Positions 60,936 through 64,000 of a stretch of DNA of 64,000 nt are shown piece by piece. Every line of letters begins with the position of its first letter. Within the stretch, counting starts at the first letter, position 1. Below the pieces are notes generated by a model. That model saw only the letters and a program-made list of their open reading frames with translations, made no database searches and was not told where the DNA came from. Source of the DNA: Candidatus Kryptoniota bacterium (GTDB lineage Bacteria; Bacteroidota; Ignavibacteria; Kryptoniales; JAKASW01); NCBI GenBank assembly GCA_046705025.1, contig JBJKQU010000061.1, positions 20,007-84,006 on the forward strand, written 5' to 3'. Both the position numbers and the translations under genes were made by a program.

Positions 60936-61493
60936 CTACTCTCTTTCCTTCTCGTAATGAAGTGCCACCATGCCCGACTTGAATGTTCTCGTCTCAACAA
61001 GTGTCAGGTTAATTCTGTCGGTCAAACCTTCAAACAGCCGTCTTCCTTTTCCGACGACGACGGGGTGCACCACCAGCCAATACTCGTCGATCAATCCGGC
61101 TTTCATCAGCTGACGGATAACGCTTATCCCGCCGATTGACAGATCTTTGCCGTCTTGTTGTTTCAACTTTCTGACGGCCTCAACGATGTCGTCGCGGATC
61201 AGAGTGGTGTTGTTCCAGTCGGCGCTCCCGAGTGTTCTAGAGAATACCATTTTTGGTATGGCGTTGAACTTAACTGCAAATTCGCGCACGCTCTTTGTTG
61301 TAGAAGGATCATTTGAAATTTTGGGCCAGGCGTGCGCCATCAGCTCGTACGTCACCCGCCCGAAGAGTGCGATGCCGGTGTTGTCGAGCAGCCCGCTGAA
61401 GAACTCGTGATGCTCATCGTCTGGGGCGACGGCGACCGTGTGGTCGGCGAAGCCGTCGAGAGATACATTTATTGCTAAGACTAGTTTTCTCAT
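60936..61493 (-). CDS. dihydrofolate reductase family protein (RibD C-terminal domain, YwjB-like)
   Basis: 185-aa ORF with MRKLVLAINVSLDGF, LFGRVTYELM, VFSRTL and GLIDEYWLVVHPVVVGKGRRLF. Confidence 0.85.
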   Translation of the reverse strand: MRKLVLAINVSLDGFADHTVAVAPDDEHHEFFSGLLDNTGIALFGRVTYELMAHAWPKISNDPSTTKSVREFAVKFNAIPKMVFSRTLGSADWNNTTLIRDDIVEAVRKLKQQDGKDLSIGGISVIRQLMKAGLIDEYWLVVHPVVVGKGRRLFEGLTDRINLTLVETRTFKSGMVALHYEKERE

Positions 61494-61511
61494 TTGTCGA
61501 TCCTTTCTGGA

Positions 61512-61943
61512 TCACTTTTGTTTCGGATACGTGTAGTTGATCATCCACCTGGTTCCATACTTATCGGTAAACATGCCGAAGTAGGCTCCCCAGAACTCAT
61601 CATGGATAGGCGTCTCAATTTTACCGTCAACGGAAAGTTTGTCGTACAATCTTTTCGCTTCGTCCTTGCTGTCGGCTTCAATCGAGATATTATAATTATT
61701 GCCGAACGTTAATTGTTGTCCCATGGATTCGAGCGCGTCGGTACCCATAAGCACGTTTCCCTTTCCAATCGGCAAAGCGACGTGCATGATTTTCTCTTTT
61801 TCCTTTGCTGGTACTCTGTCCGCGACAGGAGTCTCACCGAATCGCTGTATCGCGGTGAACTCCCCGCCGAAAACGGACTTGTAACAGTTGAACGCTTCCT
61901 CGGTGGTGCCGGGAAGATTTATGTACGGATTCATTGTGGCCAT
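61512..61943 (-). CDS. VOC (glyoxalase/PhnB-like) family protein
   Basis: 143-aa ORF with the pattern NPYINL.G...EAF.FYKSVFGGEF...MH..L.....LMG.D...........F.I....D..E....Y..L, typical of PhnB-like VOC proteins. Confidence 0.85.
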   Translation of the reverse strand: MATMNPYINLPGTTEEAFNCYKSVFGGEFTAIQRFGETPVADRVPAKEKEKIMHVALPIGKGNVLMGTDALESMGQQLTFGNNYNISIEADSKDEAKRLYDKLSVDGKIETPIHDEFWGAYFGMFTDKYGTRWMINYTYPKQK

Positions 61944-61979
61944 CTTTCTAATACCTCCTATTTTAACTAATCATGCCTT

Positions 61980-62220
61980 TTCGAAATACTAAATTCGAAA
62001 TCCTAAACTCTAAATGCCGCCTTGTCCGAAGGACGCCTTCGGCGCGGTATCCCGACACATAAATATTTTTGACGGGACAAATCCCAAATTCAAAACTCAA
62101 AACGTAAAAACGAAGCCGGCTGCATTTAGAATTTGTGGCGCTCAACTTCCAATAGTACGTATATGCGCCATGGCACAGGGCGCTCATTTAGAATTTAGAG
62201 TTTAGTGCTTAGAATTTTCT
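61980..62220. repeat. intergenic inverted-heptamer repeat element, copy A (left CTAAA-heptamer arm, copy-specific insert with GC hairpin, A-rich spacer, GC palindromic core, right TTTAG-heptamer arm)
   Basis: The left arm is TTCGAAA TACTAAA TTCGAAA TCCTAAA CTCTAAA (61980-62014). The right arm is TTTAGAA TTTAGAG TTTAGTG CTTAGAA (62187-62214). Segment 62129-62220 aligns gap-free to 63379-63470 with about 80/92 identities by my manual count. Confidence 0.8.
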
Positions 62221-62240
62221 CCCTGGTCTCTAGGCCCATT

Positions 62241-62735
62241 TCATTTGCCATCAAACGCCTTTTCCAGCGCGGCGATATCGAACTTCTTCATCTTCAGAAA
62301 AGCTTCAGTCACTCGCTCGACCTTCTTCGGGTCTTTGTCTTTCTGCATTTTTCTCAGGATCGTTGGGACTATCTGCCATGAAATCCCGTACTTGTCCTTG
62401 AGCCATCCGCACTGTTCGGCTTTCGGATCGGCGGACAGTTTCCCCCAGTAGTAATCGATCTCCTCCTGTGTTTCACACGCCACGGCGAAGGAAATAGATT
62501 CGTTGAACTTGAAGAATGGCCCTGCGCTCATGAACGTAAATTCCTGGCCGAGAAGCTCGACGGTAACGATCTCTACGGTTCCAGATGGCGTGTTGGGAAG
62601 AGTTCTCGATTCTTTGATCTTCGATCCTTTTTCGCCAGAGGTGGATCCACCTCCGGCGGAGAACACGGAAATGTAGAACTTCGCCGCTTCAGCAGCTTCT
62701 TTGTCGAACCACAGGAACGGTGTTATCGATTTCAT
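62241..62735 (-). CDS. VOC family protein (PhnB / 3-demethylubiquinone-9 3-methyltransferase-domain type)
   Basis: The start at MKSITPFLWFDKEAAEAAKFYISVF is the typical N-terminus, with AAGGAGG upstream. The protein is 164 aa with C-terminal CGWLKDKYGISWQIVP. The ORF-track 24-codon extension is repeat-derived and trimmed. Confidence 0.85.
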   Translation of the reverse strand: MKSITPFLWFDKEAAEAAKFYISVFSAGGGSTSGEKGSKIKESRTLPNTPSGTVEIVTVELLGQEFTFMSAGPFFKFNESISFAVACETQEEIDYYWGKLSADPKAEQCGWLKDKYGISWQIVPTILRKMQKDKDPKKVERVTEAFLKMKKFDIAALEKAFDGK

Positions 62736-62773
62736 AGCAACCTCCTTTATCATCAATCCGAGAAACTGTTTCC

Positions 62774-62820
62774 TTTGAAACTCCAACCGCGAAATCCTAA
62801 ACTCCAAACGAATTCAAAAC
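62774..62820. repeat. degenerate partial copy (left-arm heptamers only) of the repeat element, copy C
   Basis: TTTGAAA CTCCAAC CGCGAAA TCCTAAA CTCCAAA followed by an A-rich AATTCAAAAC. It shares CGAAATCCTAAACTC with copies A and B. Confidence 0.5.
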
Positions 62821-62839
62821 GTCGGGGTACCTGCGATTC

Positions 62840-63250
62840 TCAACCTCTTTTTGATTTTGAACGTCGCTGCTCGCTTTCATCAATCATCGCGCTCAGATCC
62901 GCAGCCGGCCTGATCTCCCAGCTTCCTCCTCCTCTACCTAGGGCAAGGGAAGGATGATTCGACATCAACTGAATCGCATGGTTCAGGTCGTCGGCCCCTA
63001 ATATCATGATCCCGCCGATTTGCTCTTTTGTCTCCGCAAACGGGCCGTCGATCACGGAGACTCTTCCGTTCTGGATCCGCAAAGTAGCCGCATTCGTTCC
63101 CGGTTGAAGGGCCTCGCCGCCGGCATAGTGGCCGGTTCTTTTCAACGCCTCGTCGTACGTAAAACATTTATCCACGAAATTGTTCCGTTCGATCTCGGAG
63201 AAGTTCGCGAATATGTCTTCGTTCATGTATCCAAGACAAATGTATTTCAT
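62840..63250 (-). CDS. YciI family protein
   Basis: The start at MKYICLGYM has AGGAGA upstream. The protein is 136 aa with the DGPFAETKEQIGG core. The ORF-track extension is trimmed. Confidence 0.85.
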   Translation of the reverse strand: MKYICLGYMNEDIFANFSEIERNNFVDKCFTYDEALKRTGHYAGGEALQPGTNAATLRIQNGRVSVIDGPFAETKEQIGGIMILGADDLNHAIQLMSNHPSLALGRGGGSWEIRPAADLSAMIDESEQRRSKSKRG

Positions 63251-63280
63251 TTCAGTCTCCTGTTGTGTTCCACTCAACGT

Positions 63281-63470
63281 GTGAAACTCTAAATCCGAAA
63301 TCCTAAACTCTAAACAATATCAAAAATCAAAACCAAAAACTTCAAAACTGCTTTCGAGATTTTCAGAATTTGTATTTTGAATTTGTGGCGCTCTACTGTT
63401 AAAACTGTGTATATGCGCCATGGCGCACAGCGCTCATTTAGAATTTAGGGTTTAGTGCTTAGAATTTTCT
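63281..63470. repeat. intergenic inverted-heptamer repeat element, copy B
   Basis: The left arm is CTCTAAA TCCGAAA TCCTAAA CTCTAAA (63287-63314), followed by a 7-nt phased A-run spacer. The core contains the perfect palindrome GCGCCATGGCGC (63415-63426). The right arm is TTTAGAA TTTAGGG TTTAGTG CTTAGAA (63437-63464). Confidence 0.8.
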
Positions 63471-63918
63471 TCCGGTGTTTCTCAATCGCTTCTTGTACCA
63501 CCTTACTCTCTCCTGCTTCTCGGACCTCAGGAGGCATCTCGGACCAATCGAATATTTGCCGAACTTCGATCGTGGCGCCGGAATCGACTGTCACAGCCGG
63601 ACAACGCTTCGCCCATTCGACGGCTTCTTCCTTCGACTTCACATCGATCAGCCAGTAACCGCCGACCACTTCTTTCGCTTCGACGAACGGGCCATCCGTT
63701 ACAGTCGTCTTCCCGTTCTTGAATGTGACCCTTGCCCCCATCGTCAGCGGATGAAGCCCGTCCAACGAAACGAGTATTCCGGCTTTGGCCATTTCCTCGT
63801 TCTACTTCATCATCTCGGCGACGGCCTCCTTCGGCGGCGCGAAATTCTCATCCGCTTTCTGCTTCGACGACGAATTCGGCTGATACTCCGGCGGAATCAT
63901 AAATATCATGTATTTCAT
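63445..63918 (-). pseudogene. YciI family gene with a single in-frame TAG at codon 39 (or a read-through/recoded gene). A 115-aa ORF restarts 3 codons later.
   Basis: My manual translation starts from the ATG at 63918, with AGGAGG 8 nt upstream. It reads MKYMIFMIPPEYQPNSSSKQKADENFAPPKEAVAEMMK*NEEMAKAGILVSLDG..., and the TAG lies at 63804-63802. It continues in frame into ORF 63445..63792 with DGPFVEAKEVVGGYWLIDVKSKEEAVEWAKRCP. Confidence 0.65.
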
Positions 63919-64000
63919 TTCAAACCTCCTCTTGTTTTCTAAGTAGTCGTTTGACAACCGGCGAAATTGACAACGTCGCAGAAAAACATTCCTGACCCGG

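Noticed and set aside
61963-62187. 74-aa minus ORF, and the 62014..62205 plus ORF, inside repeat copy A
   Set aside because: The sequence is repeat-derived. The equivalent frame in copy B stops after 12 codons, and the similarity between copies is at nucleotide level, not protein level. Only the first 10 codons are noted as a possible mini-ORF in a finding.
62736-62807. N-terminal extensions of ORF-track entries (62241..62807, 62840..63277, 59908..60405, 41496..42338, 45199..45510, 60647..61000)
   Set aside because: The family-typical N-termini, with good Shine-Dalgarno sequences, start at internal Met codons. The extensions run into repeats or upstream genes.
63444-63450. TTTAGGG heptamer identical to the plant-type telomere repeat
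   Set aside because: It is a single unit within a TTTAGNN heptamer series, and copy A has TTTAGAG at the same position. I treat this as coincidental.

Overview
This is a 64-kb chromosomal segment from a Gram-negative bacterium, as shown by BamD, Kdo transferase WaaA and a GT9 heptosyltransferase. Gene order such as lepA-lepB-lepB and TPR-DUF4292-M23 suggests an FCB-group or Ignavibacteria-like lineage, but that is inference only. I call about 66 protein genes. Most lie on the minus strand in very tight operons, and most are housekeeping. Functions covered include: glutamate dehydrogenase, HtpX, DAHP synthase and LemA/TPM; GcvPB, LepA, two signal peptidases I and HemW; PncB, a NitT/TauT-type ABC transporter, WaaA and an EnvC-like M23 peptidase; ATP synthase beta and epsilon, DegP, Bcp, RibD and RibE; DXS, XseAB, CdsA, PriA, LarC, GpsA and PlsY. 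I saw no rRNA, tRNA, CRISPR array, transposase, integrase, or recognisable phage or defence gene. The unusual part is the last 4 kb (59.9-64.0 kb). It is an island of small paralogous genes: 2 YciI, 2 VOC/PhnB-like, 2 RibD_C/DHFR-like and 1 RraB-like. This island has two notable properties. First, it is interspersed with a repeat element I do not recognise, built from inverted arrays of CTAAA-type heptamers around a GC-rich palindromic core. Second, it carries three in-frame TAG codons in two genes that are otherwise intact and free of indels. Other oddities: five exactly 8-bp-phased ATTCC repeats in the lemA/gcvPB intergenic region, a GH31 glycosidase relic upstream of lepA, and an in-frame TAA at codon 6 of htpX. 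All functional calls rest on my recognition of translated motifs. No database search was run.
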